Made by a program: the position numbers and the translations under genes
Notes under the pieces: generated by a model
What the model saw: only the letters and a program-made list of their open reading frames with translations
What the model was told of the DNA's origin: nothing
Databases searched by the model: none
Assembly: GCA_013239625.1 (NCBI GenBank)
Contig: MU053379.1
Location: 3,888,866-3,919,962 of the forward strand
Source: Lama guanicoe
Taxonomy: Eukaryota
Direction: 5' to 3'
DNA length: 31,097 bases
Shown here: positions 1 through 11,165 of the stretch, in pieces
Numbering within the stretch: position 1 is the stretch's first letter
Layout: every line of letters starts with the position of its first letter

Positions 1-29
1 GATATTAACTGTAAGTTTAAACGGTTGTG

Positions 30-135
30 CCAGTGTGTTTCCTCACATACAATGAAGTATGAAAGTTAGCGCTGGCGGGTTCTGTAAGGACCAGCACGAT
101 GCCCGGAGCCCGGCGGACCCTCGGGAACGTCAGCT
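30..135 (+). mobile_element. Highly diverged MIR SINE fragment
   Basis: 'cagtgtgtttcctcacatacaatgaagtat...ggttctgtaaggac...gcccggagcccggc' follows the order of the MIR core and 3' end (cagtttcctcatctgtaaaatgggg...ggttgttgtgagg...gtgcctggcac); matched by recall only. Confidence 0.4.
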
Positions 136-987
136 CCGTCTCACCTCCAGGTTTCTGAGCTCTGTGGAGCAGCTAGCGTTATGTTCCCTGTTATTATGTG
201 ATGGTTTTGAAACGTAATTCTGTGTTAAAGACTTGGTGCTCAATCCAGTCTCTAAAATACCTTAATTCCAAATTCAAATCTAATCATAAACATATAGCCT
301 GCTTCTCATTTAACATCATGAACGGACGAGTGTGTGATCAGAGGCTGCATTTTCGGAACAAGCTCTGGGGGTCATTACAATCAGAATAATTTCTGAATCT
401 TTCTTTTTTTTTTCACATCTGCTCCTGAAGAATTGATTGGAGGGAACGAAACGCCCTTGTAGATCTTTGTTTTATTTAGATTTGATTACCTTATTAAACT
501 GGAGAATGTAATTTTTATTCTCTTCACAAACTGCCCAGTTGTGCATCACTGACGGTTATAAGAGAAATGCAATGTGGATTTGATCCTGAGCAGGTCCTGC
601 TGCCCCAGTGGCTTCCCCACACATGTGGTTCCCTGAAATTCGTGAGTGATCTGGGGAAGGATGCTTGAGGCAGGAGCAGGGATTCCGTTTTGTCATAGTG
701 CCCAGGCTAGGAGTCTGCAGCTGAGTGACAGTGACAGTGACAACACGAGGTGCCTTGTAGTCACTGAGCAGGCGTCCTGATGGAGGGAGGGGAGCTGAAC
801 CTGCCGGGGGCCTTGGCTCTGCTCTCGGGAGACCGTCCCCTCCCCCTCTTCCCTCGGGTCCTCCTCCCTCTGCCCTTGTCCTTTCCTTCTTAAGGAGACT
901 CGCTCACCCGTGGGCTCTCTTCTCCCTGAAGTTTTCTGCTGGGAACTCCCATTTCCTGCCTGCTGACGGTCCCAGTTTAAACTCTCC

Positions 988-1229
988 TCAGTGCCCACCT
1001 TTCCAGTTCCTGTCTCCCGTTAGCGATTCCCGGGTACTGGCTTGTGCGGGCATGACGCTGGGTACCACTCCTACCCGTGCCGGCACGCGTAAGCGTGGCC
1101 CACGGCCCGTGCGGTGAAGGCTGTCCTGTCTGAAAGCAGACTGCTGCCTGGCTCCACCGCCACGGATCTTCCTCTGTGGGTCTGAGGGTGCAGCTGCGGC
1201 TGGGGATGCTGGTCGCTTCCTGCATGACT
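988..1229 (-). other. Possible terminal exon (coding part) of the minus-strand gene/pseudogene
   Basis: Weak acceptor ctacccagcag|AG at 1231-1230. The phase-1 frame reads ESCRKRPASPAAAAPSDPQRKIRGGG...KGGH* (stop 990-988). Minus-strand AATAAA occurs at 519-514 and 476-471. Confidence 0.2.
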
Positions 1230-1698
1230 CTGCTGGGTAGTCAGGGTTGAGAATCGCCACTCTCATTGTCCCAGTGTCTGAGATGCCTCGGCTCTCCCAT
1301 TTAAGGGCCCAAACTCATTAGCGGTTATACAGAGTCCTTCAAGACCTCAGCCCCTCTCCCCCACCCCACCCCAGCCCCCTGGCTCTCAGCTGCCCTGGAC
1401 ACCAGCCAAACTCCCGCCTCCTGCTCAGATGGCTTGCATGACCCCAAGCCACTCCCTCCTGGGGACAGGCCTGGGGCAGCCTGACAGTGCCCGAAGAATT
1501 TCTCTGGCTCCCTCCTTCCTGTGACACAGAGAAATTTCCAGCCTCCTGCAAAGGTTTCTCTTATTTCTACCAAGCTCCCAACTGGGGTCTGACGTGTCCT
1601 GCTGTCCTCCTCCACAGACTGAGATCTTCTGGAGGGCGGGCAGGGCGGGGCCTGAGCCTTTTCACAAGAATGTCATCAGCACTGCCTTGCAGTTGCAG

Positions 1699-1860
1699 GC
1701 TCAGTGAACATTTGCTGAATGAATGAGTGAGCAAATGTATGAATGGATATATGAATGATGAATGAATACCAAGACTCTATGAATGAATGAGCAAATAAAT
1801 GACAGAATGAACAAGCAAATGAATGTGTGAATGAATAAACAATTGTGGATGAATGAATGT
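1699..1860 (+). repeat. L2 3' terminus with expanded degenerate (TGAA)n tract
   Basis: 'ctcagtgaacatttgctgaatgaatgagtg' resembles the L2 end (ctcaataaatatttgttgaatgaatgaa) and is followed by ~140 bp of imperfect ATGA units. Confidence 0.7.
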
Positions 1861-1983
1861 ACGACTGCCACACGACCACGGCCCCGTGGTGCTGAGTCCA
1901 CCGTCCAGACTTCCTACTGTTCTCTGCGATGTTTCACAAGTTTCTGACTCCCCGCTCCCTGATCGTGACTCTAAGACTGGGGA

Positions 1984-2008
1984 GTGTGTGTGTGTGTGTA
2001 TGTGTTTC

Positions 2009-2041
<33 letters not shown>
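1984..2041. repeat. Interrupted (TG)n microsatellite
   Basis: Two visible TG runs separated by 'atgtgtttcat'. Confidence 0.97.
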
Positions 2042-2042
<1 letters not shown>

Positions 2043-2714
2043 GAGGTGGGGGGGACGCATAGACCAGACTGGTCAGCCCGCCCTGCTTGTCCCTGAGGAG
2101 GTGACCGCACGGATGGCTGCTGTTCAGGTGGCCCGGCCCGTCCTCCGCACACGCTCCGAGTGGCTGGGGCACCCACGCTCCATCTGGAGGTCGAATGCCG
2201 GTCAGTGCTGTTTGCTCTTGGCCTAGGATGGGGGTCAGGGTGAGGACTCGCAGTACCTTCAGCAGGTTTCTTCCTGGAAGATCCTGGCTGGGGGTGACCT
2301 CAGGAAGGGACAACACCCCAGATTGGGGCCCGAGACACTCACCTCAGCCAACCTCAAGGTGGCTCCGTGCAACCCCAATGCTGGGTTGGCACCTCCTTAT
2401 TTTTAAAGACACAGCGCAGATGTCCTCTCTGAAGTGGGCACAGGGTGGCTCTTAGTAAATGTCACATTACTGTGTAATGAATTAGTGAATCATTGATTGA
2501 TTGAATAATTGATAGCTCGATCATGAACGCTTGGTGATTTTGCCTTTGGTGCTCCGCATTTCCAACGTGGGCTGCAGTTCATCGTTCAGAAACGAGGGAT
2601 GGTTGACTTTCTGTTTATCACGCGCGGACCCGACGACGTGAAGATGACTACGGGGGAAGGTCGCTGGAACCCACAGAGAAGGCTCCAAGGGCCCTCGACG
2701 CCTCCTGTCAGCGC

Positions 2715-3236
2715 CCACGCTGCCTCGCGCACCAGCCACCAGCCGCCAGCCTCACGCGGCTCTGAGCGGTTGAACTGTGGTTCATGTGACTGAGCAACTG
2801 AACTGGTACTTTTATTTAATTTTAATTATTTTTTAAATTTAGGTTGAAAAATGGATATTCAGTTCAATTATTAGAAGACTTTTAAGTGCATTTAGAACGA
2901 CGTTGGCGTGTGAACCTATCTCTACAACTGCCCATTTTATGCAATCTCAACACAGACCGAATATTTCTTGTACAGCTTTATTGTCCTGATGGAGACGTGC
3001 GGCAAGGCTGAAAGGCCGACGGGGTTTCCAGGACGCAGTGTGAAAACAAGATGTGAGGACACAGAATATCATTAATGATTTGGGAGGTTGACTGAACTTT
3101 GAAATGACAGTATTCGGAGTGTATTGGGTGACGTATAATAGACTACAAGTTAACTACACCTGTTTTCCTCTCACTTTTTTGTGATGTGGCTGCTGGGAAA
3201 TCTAATGTTGCCTTTGTGGCTCACGTTGTGTTTCAC
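2715..3236 (+). mobile_element. hAT-Charlie DNA transposon remnant (Charlie1/MER3/MER33 group)
   Basis: 'gtgactgagcaactgaact...ttttatttaattttaatt' and 'tgaaatgacagtattcggagtgtattgggt...cacctgttt...atgtggctgctgggaaat...tgtggctcac' match recalled Charlie1 consensus blocks. Confidence 0.75.
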
Positions 3237-4320
3237 ATCAGTGTTCACTCTTGGTGCTGTGTGCTCTGTGGGTCTGGACAAATGCATCATGATGTGTCCT
3301 CCATTACTGTGTCACACAGAGCAGTGTCACTGCCGTAAAACTCCCCTGTGGTCCGCGAAGTCACCCCTCGCCGTTCCCTCTGACCTTTGGCGACGGATCT
3401 TTCCAGCGTCTCGGAGGCGCTGCCTTTGGCAGGGCGCCGTGTCACTGGGCTCCCGCAGCCCTTCCAGATGGGCTTCTTGCCCTTAGCGACGTTCACGTCA
3501 AGTCGGCCAGGCTTTTCTTGGCTTTATAGCGGATTTCTCTCTATTGCTAAATAATATTCCGCTGTACAGCCATAGCACAACTTTATCTATTCACCTTTTG
3601 AAGGGCACCTTGGTTGCTTCGAGATTCAGGCCATAATTAATAAGGCTGCTGTCAACAGTCACGTGCGGGTTTCGTGTGGATGTACATTTTAAACTCATTC
3701 GGGTAAATGCCAAGGAGGGTAACTCCTGAGTCACATCTAAGACTGCGGTTAGTTTTGTAAGAAGCTGCCAAGTGCTCCTCCACAGTGTCTGTTCCATCTT
3801 GCACTTCCATCAGCAGCAAGCGAGACTTCCTGTCACTCCATGTCCTTGCCGCATGGAGTATCTTTTTATTTTTTTTTTCATTTTAGTCATTCTAGTAAGT
3901 GTGTAATGGTATCTCTTTGCTGTTTGAATTGGTAATTCCTTAATGACATACAGCACGTTTATCAGACATGAGTTTTGCAAATAATTTCTCCCAGACTTTG
4001 GTTTTTCTTTTTCTTTTCTTAATAGTCTTTGGCAGAGCAGAATTTTTTCATTTTAACAAAGTCCAATTTGTCATTTTCTTTCTTTCATTGTGCTTTTCGT
4101 ATTGTTCCTAAAAATTCATTGCCAAAGTCAAGGTCACCTAGATTTTATCCTATGTCATCTTCTAGAAGTTTTATAGTTTTGCATTTTACATTTAGGTTCG
4201 TGATAATTTCGTGAAAGCTCTAAGCAATTTCTCTAGAGTCTTTTTTTGGGATCTCATGTGGATGTCCACTTGTGCCAGCACCGTTTGTGGAACAAACTCC
4301 TTCCTCCACTGAACTGCCCT
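3237..4320 (-). mobile_element. L1 (L1MC-like) 3' UTR and ORF2 end, antisense
   Basis: 'gttcactcttggtgctgtg...tgggtctggacaaatg' is typical of the L1MC 3' region. It is followed by reverse-strand ORF2-end motifs ('ctattcacc...gaagggcaccttggttgcttc', 'tcttctagaagttttatagtttt', 'ccagcaccgtttgt'). Confidence 0.85.
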
Positions 4321-5290
4321 ATAAAACTCTGAAAACTGAGTGACATTGGAATCATAGCCCACAGGAGAGAAACTGGATTCTAACCAGGTCAAGTGCTGCT
4401 AAAATAAAAACTCAGCATTCTCGAAGGGGTGAAAGCAAGATCCAGAGTTTTGCAAGAAAATAAACATGATTTTAAGATATATTTCAAAATCACCCCGTAT
4501 GTGCAGAACTGGGAGAACCTCTGCCTGCACGAGTAAAGACAACCAATGGACGCTAATGCACAGATGTTGTAATTATTTGACAAAGATTTCAAAGCTTCTC
4601 CCCAAAGCAGCTGTGAACGCTCTTCAAATGAGTGGAAAAATAGAAGTTCTTCGCAAACAAACAGAAGTTATAAGGAAGATACCGATTCGATAGACACCTC
4701 TATTAACAGTAAAGAGAAGAAAGAGAAATGAGTCAGTAAGATTGAAGACAGAGAAAAAGAAATTTCCAATCTGAACAACAGAGAGAAAAATTCAGATTAA
4801 AAAAAAGAAAAGAACCTTGTGGACTGTGGGACAACAGCAAAAGGTCTAAGAGTCACGTTATCAGACTCAAGAGAGACAAGAGAAATAATGTGGTGCAGAT
4901 AAATACCGGAAGAAATGATGGCTGAGAACGTCCCCCATTTGGCAAAAGAGACAACTTGCAGGTTCAAGAAGCTGAGCAAACCTCATACATAACAAACCCA
5001 AAGGTACCCATGGGGAGATGCGTCGCAGTTAAACTAAGCAAACTCCTAAATACCAAAGACAAAGATGCATCTTGAAAGTAACCAAAGAAAGGTAATGCGT
5101 TAAATATTGGGGTGCTTGAGAAACCTCGAAAGCCGGAAGGAAGTGACCCAACAGTTTGCAAAGGTTCAGAGAAAAACACCGTGAAATCGACATTTTATAC
5201 CCAGTGAAAATATCCCTCGGGAGTGAAAGAGAACAAGGTGCTCTCAGATGAATGAAAACTAAAGCGGAGTCACTGCTGTCAGGCCTGTGC
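4321..5290 (+). mobile_element. Old L1 5'/ORF1 region, sense, degenerate
   Basis: A-rich, with L1 ORF1 hallmarks 'ccaatctgaacaacagagagaaaaa', 'ctgtgggacaacagcaaaagg', 'gaagaaatgatggctgagaac', 'caggttcaagaagctgagcaaacc', 'ttttatacccagtgaaaatatcc'; no intact ORF. Confidence 0.85.
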
Positions 5291-5453
5291 CTGCGTCTCT
5301 GTCCCATGCGCTGCCGCACCCTTTCTGCGGCCCCCGGCTGCTCCCTGGCCGTGCTGCTAGGCTCTCACCCGCACAGCTGCCCCTGCGGACATTCCTCCGT
5401 GTCTCCCTGATCCTGTCCTGCCTTCCCCTCTCCACTCAAAGCAGACCAGACAG

Positions 5454-5588
5454 CTGGGCGGCTCTCTAATTTATCATCCCAATGGGCTGCTTCAGAGAAT
5501 GAAAGAAGACAGCTGTAATGAATTTACCCTGGGGCAAAGGCTTAAAACAGGGACAAGCCCAGCACAACTGGGGCCCACGGCCACCCTG
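5454..5588. mobile_element. MER94-like hAT-Blackjack MITE
   Basis: 'taatttatcatcccaa...gagaatgaaag...aaaacagggacaagcccagcacaactgggg...ggccaccctg' aligns by recall to the ~134-bp MER94 consensus. Confidence 0.6.
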
Positions 5589-5699
5589 GTTCTGTGTGGT
5601 AGGACTTGAAGGGGGAGGAGGGTGTAGTGAGGCCAGAACACACAAGTCCCACCCCTGTTCCCACTCCCTCCAGCTGTGGGATCCTCCGGAAGCGACTTA

Positions 5700-6040
5700 G
5701 CCTCTCTGGTCTGAGCAGCGAGGACACCCCGCCTCCCTCCCTGGGGGCCGCTGAGGGGTCATGGCCCTGAAGGTCTGCCCACACCGAGGCACGGTGCCGC
5801 GAGGCTTCATGACACAGGCCAACTGATGTAACTAGGTGGACTCTGATGGCCTGGCTCTTCTTGTCGTCCACCACAGACAAGCTCTTGGGGAAAAAGTTCA
5901 GTCGGAAGAGGAGATTTGCCAGCTGCCTCTCCCTGAGACAGCGCCTTGTTGAATAACTTTCTCCGGGAAGGTCTTCTGCAAAGTTCAGGCTTCTATGAGC
6001 AGCGATCACCCCGTGCTTCTCTCTTACACAGGAGGATCTG
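5700..6040 (-). pseudogene. Candidate coding-like exon of an unidentified minus-strand gene/pseudogene
   Basis: Acceptor ggttttcttcaaag|C at 6042-6041. The phase-2 frame is open: RSSCVREKHGVIAAHRSLNFAEDLPGESYSTRRCLRERQLANLLFRLNFFPKSLSVVDDKKSQAIRVHLVTSVGLCHEAS... The 3' boundary is uncertain, with only a non-canonical GAGG/CTAAGT near 5700; the frame runs on to 5542. Confidence 0.35.
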
Positions 6041-7689
6041 CTTTGAAGAAAACCACACGGCTACTGCTCTCAGCAGCCCGTCCCCCCGCTGGACCCGGGG
6101 GGCAGTGAGGCACCCCACTCATGCGAGGTTACCAGGCCACGATGCAGCCAACATGAACACAGAGGGAAAAACCCACAACACAGATTCTTGAAACGCAGGG
6201 TCCCACTGGTTTAACTGATTTCACGTTGGGCCCTGGCTGCACCGGACTCCGGGGCCGATGGGTACGGGACGCAGCTGCGGACGAGGCGGGTGACCCGCAC
6301 ACGTCGGTGGCCTGGCTGATGCTCAGACGGGCTTGTTCAGTCACTCGCTGGCGGGTTTCCAAGACCCCTCACGGGTCTGCGGCCCCGGTCTGACCAGGAC
6401 CGCCCTGCCTCCCGGATGGACATCAGGGAAGGCTCCCTGTTCACATCAGCAGAGTCTCGAGCTGGCCGTCCCCTCCCCGAGCACGAGCTGCCATCTGGGA
6501 CAACTTAGCCACTGTCTGTGAGGGCCTCTGAAGCTTGATTCTAGGAGAAGGAACACGTCAGGTACAGCAGAGCCGTCCGCCCTGCCCGGGACCCCCGAGC
6601 CGTCTTCCTTCTCTCTGTCTTTTTCTCGCCCATGTATTTTTGATCATCTTCACACAGGGCTGAATATCTCAGTGGCAAGTATTCTAGAATCCTCTCTCTT
6701 GGATGGAGTGAACCCCGCCTACAGCTATTTTCCGGTTCCCATAAAACCAGTTTTGCAAACATCATCATGTCGATGAAAGATTTCACTCACCAAGTGCCCA
6801 GAGAATCTGAGATTTCAAAGCATATGTCAAAGCATAAATGTGGACAATGTAAGTTTCCCATTTCTTTAGCACTGTGTCCCCACCCCACCTCCAACACTGT
6901 GTCCTCAAGAAGCAGCCATGGATGTAAATAAAGTTGTTTGTTCTCAGTGGTAAAGTTTTCATATTCATAATAGGAAGTTAAGGGGTTTTTTTCGGAAAGG
7001 ATCCTTACGATGGTTAATGGTAGCATCGTTCCTGCAGCAATGTTGTTGTATTTAAATGGAGCCACATCTCCACCATCCTGTCAAGGGCGGGTGTGGACGG
7101 CTAGGTTACAAAGCCGTATCTATTCTGTGACTTTATTTTGGCCAAAGAGTAACAAGGATCTGTGTGAATAAAATACGTGCCCTGAGCAGTCAGCAGCCAC
7201 CACCTCGGGGACGGAATCACAGAGCACGCAGCCCTGCTCCCTCCTCCTCTCTCCCTCGCTCTCCTTTTCTCTCCTCACTGGGGCTTGTACACATTTGTAG
7301 AAAAGCACACCTCATCGGGGACATGCGAGACTGGAAAGGAAAGGTGCACGTGACACAAAGGTAATTTACACCCGGAAGCGGAGTGTTAGTGTGAGGGTGC
7401 AACCCAGGTGACGGTGACAACGGAAGGCTGGAGTGACGCAGAGGACACACAAGGGCGAATGCCCGGTACTGCTTGGCGCCTTTGGGGGAAGGAGTTCTCT
7501 GCACAGGCTCACTTGTATTTACGACTTAGGGACCCCTGGTTAGGAAGTTCGGGTGGGCAGACACTAGTTACCGTCTGCCTACTGTCCTCTGTCCTCTAAC
7601 TGTGGTCTCCCCACATCTAAAGCACTCGGCTTCCGGGGTCCCCGAGGTGAGGCCGGGCCACCGGGGAAATTCTCGTCGGGTGTGTGGAC

Positions 7690-7960
7690 GGCGGGGGTGG
7701 GGGCCTCCTCTCCTGCCCTTATCGTCCCTACGCCCCTTGGGTTCTGCTCCTGCTGACGGGAGGGGAAGCAGCCTCCTGGACCACAGGATGCCGTCCGGCA
7801 ACAAGGGCTCAGAGGCTGGTTCCTTGATGCTGCTGGACCACGTCAGCCCTGAATTACCTGAGCATGAGCGTCTAAGCGAGAGAGAAACGTTTCATATTGT
7901 CGGAGTCACCATGCGTGGGATTCTGTTGTCATTAGAGCAGCTGAACCAGTGTCCCAGTGA
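7690..7960 (+). mobile_element. MLT1 (J/K/L-type) MaLR solo LTR fragment
   Basis: 'gcagcctcctggaccacagg', 'cagccctgaattacctg', 'gagagagaaacgtttcatattgt...ttctgttg...gcagctgaacc' follow the old MLT1 3' half. Confidence 0.55.
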
Positions 7961-8328
7961 GGAATGGCACAGAGTATTAGTGTGAATGTTACTATAGAGG
8001 AGTAACACTGTGTTGTATTCATATCCCCCCGTGTTGCCTTTCGTGCGCTCTCCCTCCCCCTGCCCTCTGGCTGGGCCCCCCACCCCGCTCAGGTCCGCAT
8101 CTAAGCAGGTGCGCAGCCGCCCTGGGCTCCCAGCTCACCTGTAGCTTCTCAGTTTCTCTGAAACACAGTTGTAGGTTCTTAACCCAGCAGTTACGTGAAG
8201 AAAAAAATCTTCCAAAATCACTGCCAAGAGACATTTCCTTTACGTCAGCAGTTTACTTTGATAAAATCTGGGGAGTGAAATGCCTGGCTGTGTAGAAGCT
8301 GACCCCCTTTGGGGCCGGCCCTGAGTAC

Positions 8329-8352
8329 CCCGGGGTCCACGTGGACCCCGGG
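8329..8352. repeat. 24-bp perfect palindrome CCCGGGGTCCACGTGGACCCCGGG with central E-box
   Basis: 12-bp arms checked base by base around the centre 8340/8341. Confidence 0.95.
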
Positions 8353-8964
8353 ACACCTAACAGACCGGGGCGCTGCGAACGCTGTATAGACACGAGGGTC
8401 TAAATCCCTCAGTGACGGAATCCAAGCGACTCATTTGCTATGAGCCGTCCCCCTCCTCTGAGTCCTTGTGGTCTGCCAGGCTGCTGAGGGGGCCCCCCAC
8501 TCCCAAGACGGGGGGTCCCAGAGCTGCCGTCCGGATGCTCCCCATCGTGCCCTCTGACCTCACACGGGCTCGCCTGGCGGCTTCTTTTTCCCCACAGCAG
8601 CCCAAGGCCCTGCCTGGTTCTGCCGTCTGTCTCACCCACATGGGGAGCCTCGTTCTGATCACTGAATTTCTCCGCTTGGCTCACAGGCCAGGGCACACCC
8701 TTCGGGCCACCCGACCGGGGAGCAGGGTTAGTTTTCTTCCCCTCTCCCCAGAAGACGGGGGGCAGCTCCTCACCGTCCAGCCTCCGAGCTTCTGCCGCCA
8801 GCTCGCCCCTCAGCGCTTTCTCTCTGGGGCCGGGCAGCCCACGTGACTTCCGTCCCGCGGGGCTCTGCAGTGCCGGTAATTTATTGCCCCTGCTTACCCA
8901 AAACCACAGCTTGATGTGTGTAATTTTTCATTGGCTGGCGCTGGTGGTTGTGTTTGGAACGGAC

Positions 8965-9092
8965 GGGCTTGTTAACGCACAGATGGCGGGACCCCTCCCT
9001 CAGGGTCCCTGCGGGTCTGGGAGAGAGCCCCAGGACACACATTCCTAGCAGATTCCTGGGTGGACGCAAGAGCCCAGTCTGAGAACAACGGC
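8965..9092. mobile_element. MER5A-like hAT MITE fragment
   Basis: 'gcttgttaacgcacagat...ggtctgggagagagccccagga...cattcctagcag...tgagaacaacg' follows the MER5A layout. Confidence 0.6.
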
Positions 9093-9498
9093 TCCTGGGC
9101 ATTCCTGCCCCAAGGGTGCCTCCGGGCTTTGCTGTGCGGGGAACTTCCCTGACGTGCCCTTGTGCTGCCTTGTGGCTCCTCTTCTGCTCTGTCGAGTTCT
9201 GGGTGGCGGGTGGAGGAAAGATGCTGTCGCCAGAGTGTGGAGAGGAGGCGGGGCGGTTGTGGGTGTCTCGGCGTAGCTGGCGTGGGGTAGGGGGCTCAGC
9301 CAGGCTTGACGGGACAGCAACGCCCCTCTCCTCGGACTGTCCCAGGGAGCCCGGGCAACAGAGCCGCTAAGTAAAAATCCTCAGGAAACATTGACCTTGG
9401 CTTCCTACTCAGTGTTTGTTCTGCAAACTTGGAATGCTTGCTCTGTCCAGAAACCTCAAAATTACTTTGCCATTAACACCTGTGGCGAGCGGCAGGGC

Positions 9499-9506
9499 TG
9501 ACGTCA
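9499..9506. promoter_or_regulatory. Full CRE motif TGACGTCA (motif only)
   Basis: Exact palindromic CREB/CREM consensus ~25 nt from the 9532 donor; function not shown. Confidence 0.3.
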
Positions 9507-9531
9507 CGAAGATGGAAAACAGCTCCCTCAC

Positions 9532-9676
9532 CTTGAACTGAGGAAGTATTAAGAGTTAACGCGGGATCAGGGCTCACAGTCTGACAAACCGCGAAGCCTC
9601 GCCACTGCTCTGCTCCCGGCGTCCCCTCCACTCCCCTCTCTCTTCAAGAAAGATGTTTTTGAAGACTGGATGTCAA
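9532..9676 (-). pseudogene. Candidate 145-nt exon (phase 1 to 2) with two in-frame stops
   Basis: Acceptor ccactccctacag|TT and donor AAG|GTGAGG. Reads (V)DIQSSKTSFLKREGSGGDAGSRAVARLRGLSDCEP*SRVNS*YFLSS (TGA 9569-9567, TAA 9551-9549). Confidence 0.45.
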
Positions 9677-10183
9677 CTGTAGGGAGTGGATGCCACCAAG
9701 AGATGGGGAAGGTTTCCCACCTTTGGCAGAGGGTCATGGAAACACTATGACACACTGTGTTCTATTCGAGGGGTCAGACCACATGGTGTTTACACTCGCT
9801 CTTTGTGCCAAGTGAGTCAGATGGATGGAAAGGATAATCTGCTGGAATGGATGTGTCAGGGGCTCTGAAAGGAACTGTTGACTCAGGACAGTTGGGGTTA
9901 CAGGCAGCCGGGGGGCTGGTCTCAGCCATCTACCCACCAGGTCTCAGTGCCTTCAGGGCAATCACTTTAGCATGGCATTGAGACCTTGCCCCTAGAATAC
10001 AGGGACCTGCCACCAGGAAGCCTCGTAGGTCTGGACAGTCACCACCTGTCCATTCACCGTCAGAGAGCAGGCGGCTCCTCCCTTTGTCCTGATGGAGTGT
10101 GTGGCTCTGCTCCGCTCTGCGGTCAGGGGGGCGATCCCGGGCTCAGCAAGGTTGCCTTGTATTTTCTTCAAGAATTTGGAGCA

Positions 10184-10320
10184 GGGGCCGGGGCACAGCT
10201 CAGTGGTAAGGCACACGCCCAGCAGGCACGAGGTCCTGGGTTCCGTCCCCAGTGCCTCCCATTAAATAAATAAGTAAGTAAGTACCTAATTACCTTCCTT
10301 TACAGAAAAAGAAAACAAAA
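10184..10320 (+). mobile_element. tRNA-derived SINE, camelid Vic-1 type
   Basis: A-box-like CAGCTCAGTGG, decayed B-box GGTTCCGTCCC, then 'cctcccattaaataaataa...cctaattacc' and an A-rich tail as in Vic-1. Degenerate TSD: aagaatttggag / aagagctcggag. Confidence 0.8.
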
Positions 10321-10509
10321 GAGCTCGGAGGGCGTACCCACCCACTGTGATTTTTGGTAGCTCAGAGCTCTTTCTAGGTGCTTTCCAGGCACCTTTCCCA
10401 CACTCTTTGAAGGAGGCTGGTAATGTCGCAGCAGTACCCCTTCGGAACGTGTCACTGTTATCGTCACACCTGGTTATTTTGAGGACAAATACGAATAATC
10501 ATTCTAAAC

Positions 10510-10910
10510 GCTTTCCAAAGGTTAACTCACTTACTCCTCAAACCAACCTGCTGAAGTCAGTGCCACCCCAGGGCCCACTCTCCAGACGGAGGCAGCGCCT
10601 GCCCCTTGCCCGGGTCGCGCAGCTGCACGTGGCGCGGCCCGGGCTGAGAGCCGGGGGTTCGGGCGCCGGGCCCTAGGCTCTCACCGGCCGCGTGAGCCTC
10701 CACGTTTGTGCTGGCGAGCTCCGACTGGCCGGAGCCGCTTGCAGGCCTGTTACTGTGCCCGCTGGAATCAAAGGCGCGTGCGCGCCTCTGGACAGAGGCG
10801 CAGGCCGCGCTGCTCGAGAGCCTCTGCTTCTCCCCGTTGTTTCAGAGCCAAGCGCAGACTCCGTAGCGGGGCCTTCCCAGGCTGCCTCCCGCGTGTCCCT
10901 CCCCGGCCCC
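10510..10910 (+). mobile_element. Diverged, CpG-enriched L2 fragment
   Basis: 'ttccaaaggttaactc...aaccaacctgct' and 'ccccgttgtttcagagccaagcgcagactccgtagcggggcct' correspond to recalled L2 blocks (tccaaaactgaactc...aaacctgct; cccattgcccttagaataaaatccaaactccttaccatggcct). Confidence 0.45.
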
Positions 10911-11165
10911 ACGGGCTGCCCTAGGCAGGCCAGGGCGCCACGCTCTGACCCTGTGCTCGTAACACCGCTTCATCCTGGAGGAGCTTCCCTCCCCACGCCC
11001 TGCTTGCACGCCTGTAACTTACGCAAACTCCCTCTAGAGCTTCCCCACTGGAGCGCTCGGCTGCAGGTAAGTGGAGATGACAGGTCCTGAACCCGCAGGG
11101 CTGTCGGGCATCGTCCGGGGCGGCCGGAGCGCCTCACCTGCCCGGCTCCAGCCCTACCTGCTTAC

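Noticed and set aside
1676..2316. His/Ser/Phe/Ile- and HT/CV-repeat ORFs
   Set aside because: These are translations of the (TGAA)n and (TG)n simple repeats
6787..7065. Minus-strand donor TTG|GTGAGT at 6791 with a 92-aa ORF
   Set aside because: No clear acceptor, and the exon chain joins in frame without it
10184..10258. tRNA-like sequence
   Set aside because: The boxes are decayed and it has a SINE tail and TSD, so it is a SINE head rather than a tRNA gene
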